From Octopus vulgaris (lineage: Eukaryota), in contig OX597814.1 in assembly GCA_951406725.2 (NCBI GenBank), positions 16,740,001-16,804,000 on the forward strand: a stretch of 64,000 bases of DNA. Reading direction: 5' to 3'. The notes beneath the pieces are model-generated. The model was not told the DNA's origin. It worked only from the letters and a program-made list of their open reading frames with translations, and did no database searches. Of the stretch, positions 25,528 to 39,060 are shown piece after piece. Each line of letters opens with the position of its first letter. The first letter of the stretch is position 1. The position numbers and the translations under genes were made by a program.

Positions 25528-26393
25528 CGCACGTGTGTGTGCATGTGTGTGTGTACGTGTTCATGTCTGATTGTGTGTGTATGAGTGTAACTATGGAAGT
25601 GTTTGAATATTTGTTGTATGGATTATATACTTATTTACTGAAGTTTTCATTTATTCATTCATTCATTTTGTATTCGGCCGTCTGAATGTATATATTGTAC
25701 GTGCTGACTGTATGGATGCATGTCTGTATTTTTTTTCGTGCGACAAGGCGTGAATACTATAAAAGGTGTTGAAAGCAAAAAGAAAAGAAAATGTCCGATA
25801 TGAATGCTTAGCTGTATAGAATGCCGTCGACGGTGCAAACTAAGCCGTATATCTTGACATACGCCGAAGAGCTGCGACATATGTAGAGCGGTGGTCACGT
25901 CACGTGTGTTGGTTTAATAAATAGGGCCAGCTGGGTGGTGTGGCGTTTCCCTGCTTACGAAATCTAGTAAAGCAAACGAATTGAAGTTACAAAAAAAGAA
26001 ACTAAATCTGGTTGGTTATATGACAAGAGATTTAAACTCAATGAGTGGGCGGAAGAACAAATAAGTCGGACAATAGCAACGAAAATGATCAAAAATTGTA
26101 ATACAATATACTATATAAATACTACAAACTCTAACGATAATAATAATTTGTGGAGTACGACTGACTAGCGTAAGCGGTAGAGCGTCAGGCGAGATCTGTT
26201 GTGATATAATGCTCTCTAAGTTCAAATCACATTAGGGTTGATTTCATTATTCTTATGAAAAAGTATGCCAGACAAGGAGTCGTGTGGCTATAATTAAATA
26301 TATCGTACTCAGAAAAATTGTATCCTTGCGGCTAGGTATATCGATGACAATGTTATCAATACGACTGAGAGAGAGAGAGAGAGAGAGAGAGAA

Positions 26394-26425
<32 letters not shown>

Positions 26426-28411
26426 CGCAGCTAACTCCCGGAATATATTTAATCTGCTTCCAAGGTAAAGTTCCTTTCGTTACATCATTCTAAGGAATGG
26501 CCATGATTATATATAACCTTTGCATTCAGTTGGTCGTTTAGGCCACCATATCTGTTGGCCGTCTTGCTCAAAATGCACAAAGGAACACGGACCCACACCC
26601 TTACATAAATGATCATGATTGTTTTGCTAACTTCCACGTGAACATGTTTAAATATGAAAATTTATCCAGACACAAACCGTAATCTTTTCATAGCTCTTCA
26701 ATAGCTCAGCCCGCAGTTAACATTTATTCTCAGCAAACAGTACAATATTTCTCTTTCTGCAGGTCTATTCAAGAAACCTGTAGAGAATAGGGTATATCGT
26801 TTTAAAATAAATAAGAACCTTGATTCTACCACTTTCAATCCATGAAACTTCTAATATCGTTATGATTACGAAAATAAGCGTTAATAAACTATTTTCTTGA
26901 TCAGAGATCGAGACAACTCGCGCCAGATTTCGATTGCTACAGGAGATCAGGGAAATGTATTCCAATACTGAAATAATAAACTTATCTCTTTCTAAAATTT
27001 TTCTTTAATAGTTTATTATGTATCTGTGTTTGCGTACGTTCTTTCAATTTTCCTCCTTTCCACCTTGATGATTTTCCCTGAAAATAATCTATTATTATTT
27101 AATCTTGTGACAATAATAAAGGCCACAGAAATATCTGATAGGAACCCTTCTACAAGAATAGTAGACAGTTCTAGGAGCAAAAGTGAACAAAAATAAATTA
27201 GTGGACATGCAGCTCTGTACCTGGAAAAAAACAAATCTATAATATCGGACAGAGTCGTGGAGCATTGACCCGACAGACTGACTAAAGGGCTCGGTATTTC
27301 GTTCAGCTTGGAAATTTAAGGGAACAGGAAGTGGTATGACGTTACGGGGCTGAAAGAAACTGTCAACTCTGAAAGGTTGAGCTAATGGAACGAACGCATA
27401 TTTCCCTCTATCATAATTTAATGCCTTTATTTTATGTCTTATCCCCATTTCACGTGTAACAGCATTGGAAACTTCTGGATTTATTTTTTATACTTGTGTA
27501 AGAAAAGCATTATACTTATCAGACGGTCTTCTGGACACACGGGATGCTCAGCATGATATGTTGATGACACGCAAGTATCCACTGATATTGCGGCTTCTGC
27601 AGAGATTCCTAGACAGTCAGCAAAGGATTTTTGTTTTGATGTTTAGACTCCTCATGGATTATCTTTTTTGACCGAGCTACAATACTGCGTCAAGCCAAAT
27701 CCCAAACTGGAAACCTGATATCTGGAAAGTGGTGAATTACTCATATACCTCAGCCAATACGGCAATATGGTCGATCGAACAACCAACTTAGCATTTTATA
27801 GAGGTCTAGTGGTAGTGTGAACTAAAGACTTTATTGTGAAAGCTCTTGTCATTTGGTCTGCTTCGGAGGTTTGGGCCCGGTCCATAGTTAACTTCCGAAA
27901 ATTCTTTGTCTCTCAATACTCTGAACTAATAGCGGGGTGCATAACCGGTTCCAGATAAATTAATTCTACACGCACGTTAAAGGTATTATCTGGGTTTATC
28001 CGAGATGCGCTCTGTAGGATAAATTTGTATTATATGCACTCCTTGAGTCTACAGGTAGTACTAACTTGTGGAATTATATCGAATAACTACATATACCTTT
28101 AGAATAGCTCCGACTATCCCATACATTCCTTGTGAATGTCACTGCACCTGCCTCTTTTACCCGAAATGAGCAAGCAGTTTTCTTCTGGTGGCTATGAGAA
28201 AAGAAGATCAGTGCTAGATTAGACTGAAAGAAATTAAGACAGATATTTTACCATTGTTTCAAGTTCCATTTGGAAATGAAGAGAGAGTTAACGGAGTTGC
28301 TCTCCTCAAAGAAAATATAATAGCGGATTAAAGTGTTCTACTGTTAGCATGATCCGATAAATCGGAGAATGGCAGTACCGCCCCTATCACTTTTTGTATA
28401 CTATGTATAAA

Positions 28412-28799
28412 GTGGAGGCGCAATGGCCCAGTGGTTAGGGCAGCGGACTCGCGGTCGTAGGATCGCGGTTTCGATTCCCAGACCGGGCGTTGTGAGTGTT
28501 TATTGAGCGAAAACACCTAAAACCTCCACGACGCTCCGGCAGGGGATGGTGGTGATCCCTGTTGTACTCTTTCACCACAACTTTCTCTCACTCTTACTTC
28601 CTGTTTCTGTTGTATCTGTATTTCAAAGGGCCGGCCTTGTCACTCTCTGTGTCACGCTGAATATCCCCGAGAACTACGTTAAGGGTACACGTGTCTGTGG
28701 AGTGCTCAGCCACTTGCACGTTAATTTCACGAGCAGGCTGTTCCGTTGATCGGATCAACCGGAACCCTCGTCGTCGTAACCGACGGGGTGCTTCCATCC
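28412..28799 (+). mobile_element. SINE family C, full length
   Basis: 12-bp TSD ACTATGTATAAA. Confidence 0.9.
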
Positions 28800-30144
28800 A
28801 CTATGTATAAATTGAACTAGGTGGAATTCGATTTTTTATGTAACCCAACACGTTTTATATAACCTGACTTAGTAAAGTCGTCTTCAATCGACTCCCCTGT
28901 GGCGAATAAAGGAAGCCTATTATTGTTATGATCGATGTTGCTTTTTCCGCTTTTCTTTTTATTGTAGCTGTTGCTGTTGTTGGTGCGGTGGTGATGGCGA
29001 TGGTTGTGGTAGTGGTGGAAATGGTGGCGGTGGCATGTAATTGTCATTAATAAAGAAATATACACTGCTTACTTTAATTACTCCAATTTACTTTCATGTT
29101 TGCAACAGGTGGTTATAATTTCACTTCTCCAGCAATTAAGTAAATAAGCAAAAACAAACAAACAAACAAGTAGCACCAACACACAGACACCTCCACACTC
29201 ACACACAGAAATACACGAATGATTATCAAAGTAACAATACTAACGACGAATGATATATAAAAAGAATGAATATATGAATGGAATAAATAATTCATATAGA
29301 AATGTGCTACGTATTTAATAAAATGTAGCGATATTAATTTATGTACAAAATATTAACAGAGAAAGAAATGAAGTTCATATTTTACTTAAAATATCTGACC
29401 GATAAACTTCACTTTTCTATGCGCAATTTTTTTATTTTATTTTATTTTTTACTATATTGGTATTTACTTCCAGATCAAAAGCATTTAGTAATGAGAGAAA
29501 TCCAGTTAAACATTTCACAAAACATCTTGTTTTCATTAATGAAGTGTCACCAACAGATGGTACAAAGAGAGAAATAATAGCCAGAACATGACCGTTTCCA
29601 ATGTATAATCAGGCACGTTTTAAAAACTGCATATACAATGACTAAATAATGATGTGTACATGTATATGCGTATGTATTGGAGTAAATTTGTATATGTGAT
29701 TATGCTTACACAAATACAGGCAAAAACACACACATATTTCTGTAAACTGGATTTCGTTTTCTATGTATGTATATGCACATCTACATACCGGAAACTTCGA
29801 AGTAAACTTTATTCTTTAGTCATGCTGGTGTACAACCTTGAAGAATCTTAGTCGATTGAATCGAACCAAGTACTTGTATTTTTTAAGCCTGGTACTCATT
29901 CTATCGGCGTCCTCTGCCGAACCGCTAGCTACGGGGACCTAAACACACCAACACCAGTTATCTCGCAGTCTTGGTGGACAAACATAGACGCGCGCGCTCA
30001 CACACACACACATGCATATATACATACATGCATACATACATACATATAAACATACATACATACATATATACATATACATACATACATATATGAATATATG
30101 CATATATATAAATATATATATCTATGTATGTATATGTATATATT

Positions 30145-30308
30145 ATTCTTTAACTCTTTTACTTGTTTCAGTCACTTCACTGCGGCCATGCTGGAGCACC
30201 GCCTTTAGTCGAGCAAATCGATCCCAGGACTTATTCTTTGTAAGCCTAGTACTTATTCTATCGGTTTCTTTTGCCGAATCGCTAAGTTACGGAGACGTAA
30301 ATACACCA

Positions 30309-30311
<3 letters not shown>
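30145..30311 (-). mobile_element. SINE family B 3' half
   Basis: CTCTTTTACTTGTTTCAGTCA...CACCAGCA. Confidence 0.8.
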
Positions 30312-30360
<49 letters not shown>

Positions 30361-30364
<4 letters not shown>

Positions 30365-31262
30365 AATGAGGGTGTCTAAAAGACACCAACATGCCGAAAT
30401 AGCAGTCGAAACTCTGACTATAAAACCACGTTAAATGTTCATATCGCACCATGAGGTAAAGCGGAGGGACAAAACATACAAGCAAAAATTATTGAATAAT
30501 ACAAGATCCAAGGATTTCTGGTTCTGCTTTAGATAAGCTTTACCGTCATCAATTGAATATATCAAGGGTACATAAATACAGATATATATATGCACAGCAA
30601 ACGAACGTGGTTTTATAGTCAGAGTTTCGACTGCTATTTCGACATGTTGGTGTCTTTTAGACACCCTCATTTTTAATTGTTAAAAATTTTTTTACCTTTG
30701 TAAGGTATTTCTTTCATGCTGGCCACTTGATAATTTCGACACTTAAATACCAATATTATCCTCATATATAAATTTATATAATTCGTTATTATATTCACTG
30801 CGGTGCTTATTTTAACCATGTCGTACTTATGCGGTGATTTGGCGGGCAATTCAAACTGGCTGTGTCCATACGTGCATATGTATGTATGTGCGACGCTCGT
30901 ATATGTAAGTATATCGTTTGCTGTGCATATATATATCTGTATTTATGTACCCTTGATATATTCAATTGATGACGGTAAAGCTTATCTAAAGCAGAACCAG
31001 AAATCCTTGGATCTTGAATTATTCAATAATTTTTGCTTGTATGTTTTGTCCCTCCGCTTTACCTCATGGTGCGATATGAACATTTAACGTGGTTTTATAG
31101 TCAGAGTTTCGACTGCTATTTCGGCATGTTGGTGTCTTTTAGACACCCTAATTTTTAATTGTTAAAAATTTTTTTACCTTTGTAAGGTATTTCTTTCATG
31201 CTGGCCACTTGATAATTTCGACACTTAAATACCGTTATTATCCTCATATATAAATTTATATA
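30361..31262. mobile_element. Non-coding 482-bp tandem plus inverted element with hammerhead-like motif
   Basis: 30361-30604 is the reverse complement of ~30914-31156. 30605-30780 is directly repeated at 31087-31262 (period 482). (TA)n lies on both sides. Confidence 0.8.
30961..31018 (+). ncRNA. Hammerhead-like motif (U3 variant); inverted copy at ~30500-30557
   Basis: TTCAA-TTGATGA-cGGT [19 nt] ACCa-GAAATCC tt GGAT C-TTGAA: 5-bp helix I, 4-bp helix III, AUC triplet. Confidence 0.7.
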
Positions 31263-31276
31263 TATATATATATATA

Positions 31277-31678
31277 CTCTTTTACTCTTTTTTACTCTTT
31301 TACTTGTTTCAGTCATTTGACTGCGGCCATGCTGGAGCACCGCCTTTAGTCGAGCAAATCGACCCCGGGACTTATTCTTTGTAAGCCCAGTACTTATTCT
31401 ATCGGTCTCTTTTTTGCCGAACCGCTAAGTAACGGGGACGTAAACACACCAGCATCGGTTGTCAAGCAATGCTAGGGGGACAAACACAGACACACACAGA
31501 TACATATATATATATACATATATACGACAGGCTTCTTTCAGTTTCCGTCTACCAAATCCACTCACAAGGCATTGGTCGGCCCGGGGCTATAACAGAAGAC
31601 ACTTGCCCAAGATGCCACGCAGTGGGACTGAACCGGAACCATGTGGTTGGTTAGCAAGCTACTTACCACACAGCCACA
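31277..31678 (-). mobile_element. SINE family B
   Basis: Near full-length match. Confidence 0.9.
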
Positions 31679-32183
31679 TATTTGTTTGTGGATTTTGCAT
31701 CTTGGGGAATCGTTATTCTGAGTTGTCCTTCATTCTCGAAAGGCTGAGCATGTTTTTGTGTTTCACGGTTTATCCAGGCTGCATCTGTTGATATTTATTG
31801 ATTGACTTCATGGATATAATCTTATAATAACAAAAGGCATTGTCTATCAAACATATATACAGAGTATGACAAAATTACATATTAGTATACATAGTATACA
31901 CATGCCGAAAAATGTTTTGAGCAATCAACATTATTCGATAAAGTCAATGAAACCATTTAGTTTTCATTTTCTTTACAATATAATTCATGGCACGTATGTA
32001 AGCTTTCTAAGCTATCATATGCCCTAAGACCTGAACTTTGAAGGTGTTTTTCTTTACGCGATTCTGAACGATAGAAATGACCAACAAATAATATATATTG
32101 GGTGGATAAACATGTAATTAAATTTAGTTCAGAAGCAGCTGGTGAAGCATAGTCCCCTGAAAATGGTAACTTACTCTCTCTCT

Positions 32184-32390
32184 CTCTTTTACTCTTTTAC
32201 TTGTTTCAGTCATCTGACTGCCACCATGCTGGAGCACCGCTTTTAGTCGAGCAAATCGACCCCGGGACTTATTCTTTGTAAGCCCAGTACTTATTCATCG
32301 GTCTCTTTGCCGAACCGCTAAGTGACGGGGACGTAAACACACCAGTATCGGTTGTCAAGCAATGCTAGGGGGACAAACACAGACACACAA

Positions 32391-32431
<41 letters not shown>

Positions 32432-32555
32432 CGACAGGCTTCTTTCAGTTTCCGTCTACCAAATCCACTCACAAGGCGTTGGTCGGTCCGGGGCTATAGC
32501 AGAAGACACTTGCCCAAGATACGCAATAACCCGGAACCATGTAAATACTTACCAT
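32184..32555 (-). mobile_element. SINE family B
   Basis: Match with a degenerate 5' head. Confidence 0.85.
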
Positions 32556-32855
32556 ACAGATAAATATTAAATGATATCCATGCGCTATTTAGGGTGTCGC
32601 TGCGTGTTTCGTTTTTGTCCCTACTTCTAAAGTGTTACATATATAAGATCGTGGCAGCGACTAATTCTTGAGTCGTTACACTCTCGCAGTTTCAATAACC
32701 CCCCTTTGATGATTCAGAATCTGAGAGTACTCGCTTGTGTCTATAAGTAAATATATTGCTTTTTCCCTTTTATCTCACTCTGTATGCTTGTATCTGTCTA
32801 CATAAGCACACACATATCTATAGTTGTGTGTGTATATAGATGCATGTTTGCGTCA

Positions 32856-32927
<72 letters not shown>

Positions 32928-33659
32928 ATACATGTCAGTATGCATATATATATATGTATATACGTATATATATATATATATATATATATAACCATACATA
33001 TCATAATGCATATATATGTATATACGTAGATGCATACATTGTGTGTGTGTGCGCGCGTGTATGTGTGTTCATATCTGCATGTCTGATTGTACACATGTGT
33101 ATTAGCGTGTATGAGTGTGTATGTGTGTATGTCATTTGTGTATGTGTGTGCGTGCACGTGCGTGCGATCGTGCGTGCGTGCGTGTGTGCGTACGTGCGTG
33201 TTGGTGTGCGTACATGTATATGTAGATATATATAGTTGTGTGTATCTACATTTTATCTTTTTTCCAGATTATGAACTGAACATCTGCCACTTACTATATA
33301 TTCCCAGTAACAGCAAACACAGAGTAAAGGGCCATTTCTATATTGAGTGGCAATCACACTCGATGGCTATACTTGGGATTGCTAAATATTCTCTTCAAGC
33401 TAGCAGTAAGTAGCGATAAGACATTTTTCAGAATCTATATTGGCTACTTCTAACAAGCGCTACAAAATGAAGAGTACTAAGGTAGAAGGTAGACAGCGAA
33501 TAGGAGAGAGAAAAATATAGTAATAGGATAGAGATGGTGAAAGAGTGACAACAGAACGGTGTCTGGTGGGTATTTCGTATATCTATCTATGTTTATGCAA
33601 ATACGTATTGTGTGTGTTTGTGAGTGTGTTTGTGTGTTTGTATGTATATATGTATGTAT

Positions 33660-33882
33660 ACTCTTTTACTCTCTTACTTGTTTCAGTCATCTGACTGCGG
33701 CTATGCTGGAGGACCGCCTTTAATCGAGCAACTCGACACCGGGACTTATTCTCTTGTAAGCCCAGTACTTATTCTATCGGTCTCTTTTGCCGAACCGCTA
33801 AGTAACGGAGACATAAACACACCAGCATCGGTTGTCAAGCAATGCTAGGGGGACAAACAGAGACACACAAACACACACACGC

Positions 33883-33971
<89 letters not shown>

Positions 33972-34136
33972 TACGACGGGCTTCTTTCAGTTTCCGTCTA
34001 CCAAATCCACTCACAAGGCTTTGGTCGGCCCGGGGCTATAGTAGAAGTCCCTTGCCCAAGGTGGCACGCAGGGGACTGAACCCGGGACCATGTGGTTGGT
34101 AAACAAGCTACTTACCACACAGACACTCCTGCGCCT
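33660..34136 (-). mobile_element. SINE family B with expanded internal (TA)n
   Basis: Full-length match. Confidence 0.9.
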
Positions 34137-34143
34137 ATGTATG

Positions 34144-34182
<39 letters not shown>

Positions 34183-34184
<2 letters not shown>

Positions 34185-34623
34185 ATCTTTTCGGTTTGAA
34201 TGACAGTTTTTTCTAGCGGTGTCATATGAAATTGTCATCCATAATTATGACCCTAGTATCGATCTATTGCATTTCAATCTGTTTTAGGGTTAGGGTTAGT
34301 TAGGGTTAGGGTTAGGGCTAGGGCTAGGGTTGGGGGCAAAGGTTATCTTTTGTTTTTTCTTCACAAATGTAAATAAACCCAATCTGTTTCTTAAACAAGG
34401 GACATATTCATACGGCACAAAATGTTTTATACCTTAATGGAGCTCATTGATTAATTGAAATTGCAGAAACTGAAGAAAAATAACAACAAATATCTTACAA
34501 ACTATAGAATTTTTTCAATAAAGCCAAGAGAAAAAGATGGTTTATAAACACATTCTACCAGTATACGAAGTTTAACATTTTTAGCTACCTAGAAATTATG
34601 TTAAAAAGTGCAGTTCAAACCGA

Positions 34624-34627
<4 letters not shown>
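34183..34627. mobile_element. MITE in (TA)n carrying internal (TTAGGG)n
   Basis: Imperfect TIRs ATCTTTTCGGTTTGAA / TTCAAACCGAAGAT; about 7 TTAGGG/CTAGGG units at 34283-34331. Confidence 0.65.
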
Positions 34628-34657
<30 letters not shown>

Positions 34658-34960
34658 ATATAATAATAAGAGTAAATAATTTCTATAAAGGCTTTTAAAA
34701 AACCCCCAATTATTTACTGGTAGAATTCGGTATGTAAATATAGCCGATTACCGGCAGGAACTTCTGTAAAGTTCAGTATATATATTGTATATAAGAAAAA
34801 GGGACAGGCAAACAGGTTGCTTGACCGCATACCGAAAAAATAGAAATAGCAGTCAAGAATGCTTATTTCTATCAAAGTTGGACTCCGGGCACGACAAACC
34901 CTGTAATTCACATATGCAAAACAGAAGGAATAGATAACGAAAACGAAGTCTGGTGGTTAT

Positions 34961-35073
34961 CTGTGAACATCATGTTTCTGGATTATAAACATATTGAATA
35001 TATATTTCATATATATTTTTGATATATATTTCATATACATTGCGTATATATTTCACATCCTTCTTCAGCACAG
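34961..35073 (-). ncRNA. Hammerhead ribozyme with 73-nt stem II insertion (copy 1, inverted)
   Basis: Reverse complement of the 35547-35659 motif. Confidence 0.8.
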
Positions 35074-35546
35074 CTTTCCGTTGAAAAAGATTTATCATAG
35101 ATTTATCAAATGCTACGTACCTCAAACCTTCTGACCATGCGACATCAAAATATTTGAAGAAAGTGAGCAAAAGCTAAACCTACATAGACGTTTGAATTCG
35201 TAAATCTTCCCTCCAAAATTTTGCCATGCGCACTACAAAAATAGTTCCATAAGATTGGGAACTATTAGGTTTTCATAAGGGAGTGAAAAATCCAAATAGT
35301 AATATAATAATAAGAGTAAATAATTTCTATAAAGGCTTTTAAAAAAACCCCAATTACTTACTGGTAGAATTCGGTATGTAAATTGTAGTGCGCATGGCAA
35401 AATTTTGGAGGGAAGATTTACGAATTCAAACGTCTATGTAGGTTTAGCTTTTGCTCACTTTCTTCAAATATTTTGATGTCGCATGGTCAGAAGGTTTGAG
35501 GTACGTAGCATTTGATAAATCTATGATAAATCTTTTCAACGGAAAG

Positions 35547-35659
35547 CTGTGCTGAAGAAGGATGTGAAATATATACGCAATGTATATGAAATATATATCA
35601 AAAATATATATGAAATATATATTCAATATGTTTATAATCCAGAAACATGATGTTCACAG
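35547..35659 (+). ncRNA. Hammerhead ribozyme with 73-nt stem II insertion (copy 2)
   Basis: CTGTG-CTGAAGA-aGGAT [73 nt AT-rich] ATCCa-GAAACAT g ATGT T-CACAG. Confidence 0.8.
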
Positions 35660-36190
35660 ATAACCACCAGACTTCGTTTTCGTTATCTATTCCTTCTGTT
35701 TTGCATATGTGAATTACAGGGTTTGTCGTGCCCGGAGTCCAACTTTGATAGAAATAAGCATTCTTGACTGCTATTTCTATTTTTTCGGTATGCGGTCAAG
35801 CAACCTGTTTGCCTGTCCCTTTTTCTTATATACAATATATATACTGAACTTTACAGAAGTTCCTGCCGGTAATCGGCTATATTTACATACCGAATTCTAC
35901 CAGTAAATAATTGGGTTATTTTTAAAAGCCTTTATAGAAATGATTTACTCTTATTATTATATTACTATTTGGATTTTTCACTCCCTTATGACAACCTAAT
36001 AGTTCCCAATCTTATGGAACTATTTTTGTAGTGCGCATGGCAAAATTTTGGAGGGAAGATTTACGAATTCAAACGTCTATGTAGGTTTAGCTTTTGCTCA
36101 CTTTCTTCAAATATTTTGATGTCGCATGGTCAGAAGGTTTGAGGTACGTAGCATTTGATAAATCTATGATAAATCTTTTTCAACGGAAAG

Positions 36191-36303
36191 CTGTGCTGAA
36201 GAAGGATGTGAAATATATACGCAATGTATATGAAATATATATCAAAAATATATATGAAATATATATTCAATATGTTTATAATCCAGAAACATGATGTTCA
36301 CAG
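36191..36303 (+). ncRNA. Hammerhead ribozyme with 73-nt stem II insertion (copy 3)
   Basis: Same motif exactly 644 nt downstream of copy 2. Confidence 0.8.
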
Positions 36304-36467
36304 ATAACCACCAGACTTCGTTTTCGTTATCTATTCCTTCTGTTTTGCATATGTGAATTACAGGGTTTGTCGTGCCCGGAGTCCAACTTTGATAGAAATA
36401 AGCATTCTTGACTGCTATTTCTATTTTTCGGTATGCGGTCAAGCAACCTGTTTGCCTGTCCCTTTTT

Positions 36468-36500
<33 letters not shown>

Positions 36501-37247
36501 TCAAAATAAGCAACAAGGATATCCAGAGGTAATGCAGCACGATCGTTTCATGCGAATCCATTTAATTGAACAATGCAAAACATTACATCAATTTAAAATG
36601 TAGAGCAATCATTGTGTCACTTTATCGAGCTGACTAATAGATATGCTTATACACCGCTAGCCTTATTATGCATCCTAGCACTCATTTAGCCTTTAAGGGA
36701 TAATAACCCCACTTGCTAGGTGGATAGGCTAACGTACCCCGTGAACACGACGCTACATAGCCACAGGTTTACTAATTACAGCTGAGTGGACTGAGGCAAA
36801 GTGTTTTGCTCAAGAACGTGATGTTTCACCCATCTGCGATCGTGAGTGCAAAACCCAGCCGCTCGACCACGCACCTTCACACGCATACAGCAAGTGCGCA
36901 CGCACACAAACACAAACACATACACACGTGTCCGTGCAGGCGTGTGTGTGCATATGTCTATATGTAATATGTATGCGCATACATATGTGCTTGAGTTTTT
37001 ATTTTTATTGTAATTTATTGGCTCGAGTCATTGCACAGCGATTCTGCAACGAACCACCTTGACACTACAACTGTTTTTTGAGTCCACGTACATAATCTAT
37101 CGGTATTTATTTTAACGTAACACAATGTTATGAGGTCGTATATGTGCATACATACATACGCATATAAATGCATGCGTACATTTATATGTGTGTATATTTG
37201 TATTTACATATATATATATATACAAAGTGAGAGCGAGAGAGAGAGAA

Positions 37248-37384
<137 letters not shown>

Positions 37385-37439
37385 TACGAGTGAATAGACA
37401 AACGAAACAAGAGACCTGAACTCGTTTATTGGAAGCTCC

Positions 37440-38900
37440 ATGTATAGATCAAAACATTTTGATTCAGACTCCTAGGTACTCTGAGCTTCAAGCGTGTGGC
37501 TAGTCTTCAGCCATTGGTGTCCGAATGAGAGTTTGATTGAAGAGAGTCAATGTTTACTACTGGACGTTAGCCTGCAATTCGAGAAAGGTCACACGGTATA
37601 GCTGTTTGATGTTCATATTTCAACGACAACTAGTTTGAAAATACCGATGGGTTTACTAGGCATGAGAGTCTGTGTCTTCAAGGGAAGATATTCCCAGCAC
37701 TTGCATTCATTTCGATCCAAGGATAGAAAGAACTCCAATTCCCTGTCATGATTTCTGTGGATACTTCATGACCTTCGAGACGAAACACCCAACATCAAAT
37801 GGACTATTATCGACAGGATTCCATTTTATCGACAGGGTGTCACCCGGCGCCACTAATTGCCAGCTGTGCCTCCACTGCAAATCCAGTTTCACGACCAATC
37901 GCAGGCTGACGCCCTTTGGCACCCATTTTCGATGATTTTGAGATTTATGCATTTCTGTTCCTAAGTGGAATTTGGGGCGGAGTGCCAGAGTTGTTTCAGA
38001 AATGCATAGGTCTCAACATTAGAAATAACATGCTGGACCCGAGTGGCAATTTGGTAGTACAGAACGTGGACAACAACGGTGTCGTTTGACTAGTTGTCGC
38101 GTATACCCGGACCGGGATAAGGTGGTGGCCGGATTTCTTCAGATGGTTAGGAGTTTTGAGGAGAACCACTTACACTTTAGTGCTTTAGCCGCTACGAAGC
38201 ATCGCATTCTCCTACCACCTGATCATCGTGCCTTGTTCTGTTTCCTGGTTCACTAGCATGGAACGCTTGCTCTTTCAATTTCTGTGGAGGGGATCGGTTC
38301 CATGCTCAGGCAATCCCAATTACTATCAAAATCTACTGCGTAGCGGGGTGCACATACCATGTCTGATGATTCGTGACCTGCGCGGAAACCATGAGCAGAT
38401 ATAGTTACTGACTGTTGCACTCCCAATAGTTCAAAATAGACAAAACTGGATCAAGTGTCGACCGAGGCAGGGAGCTTGATACCTAAAGTTAAGTCATACA
38501 CTCACATTCTAACGCCAGTAGGGTAGTGCGGTCACTGGAATCTCAAGAATGTCGTTGTATAGAGTATCAGTGACAAGAAAGGAAGACGACATTCCTGGGC
38601 AAATTCTAAGTCTTAATTAAAATCAACTGGCTGATTGGATCCATGGATAATTTCAAGAAAACTCAAACCTACCACTGATACTGCTGAAATGTACTGAGAA
38701 GGCAGAGAAGGTCCTGCTGTTTCCAGTAAATTTGCTAGAAGGTGAGTGTATGTGGCGAGGATGGTCTGAAGTGAACGGAAGACGGTTACGAGCGGATAGC
38801 GTTTAGCCCTACGCTGTTGGGGACCCAAGTTCCTTGTTGTCTCTGGGTAGCACCCCATTATTTGGGAAATTCTGTCGGTACAAATTCTTTGTTATTGCTG
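37440..38900 (-). mobile_element. Highly decayed Gypsy-type LTR retrotransposon internal fragment
   Basis: Frame-broken remnants resembling gag (RLP..QTILA...LLETA, ~38710-38790) and an integrase LSHPGI-like motif (~38090-38125). Confidence 0.4.
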
Positions 38901-38986
38901 TTCCTTGTTTAGACTTAAATACCTACAGACACTTAGTCATTGTATAGCCTTACATATTTTCAACTCATGTGGCAAAAATGAACGTG

Positions 38987-39060
<74 letters not shown>

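Larger units (their letters stand above)
34653..36470. mobile_element. Non-coding ~644-bp tandem/inverted repeat element with hammerhead ribozymes (retrozyme-like, putatively PLE-mobilised)
   Basis: 34653-35383 is ~1.1 unit in one orientation and 35384-36470 is ~1.7 units in the opposite orientation. Copies are nearly identical and (TA)n lies on both outer sides. Confidence 0.85.

Noticed and set aside
26700-28150. Possible decayed BEL/Pao or other coding remnant
   Set aside because: Only a vague LP..(TE)PFSQSVG similarity; not enough to call without a tBLASTx/HMM search.
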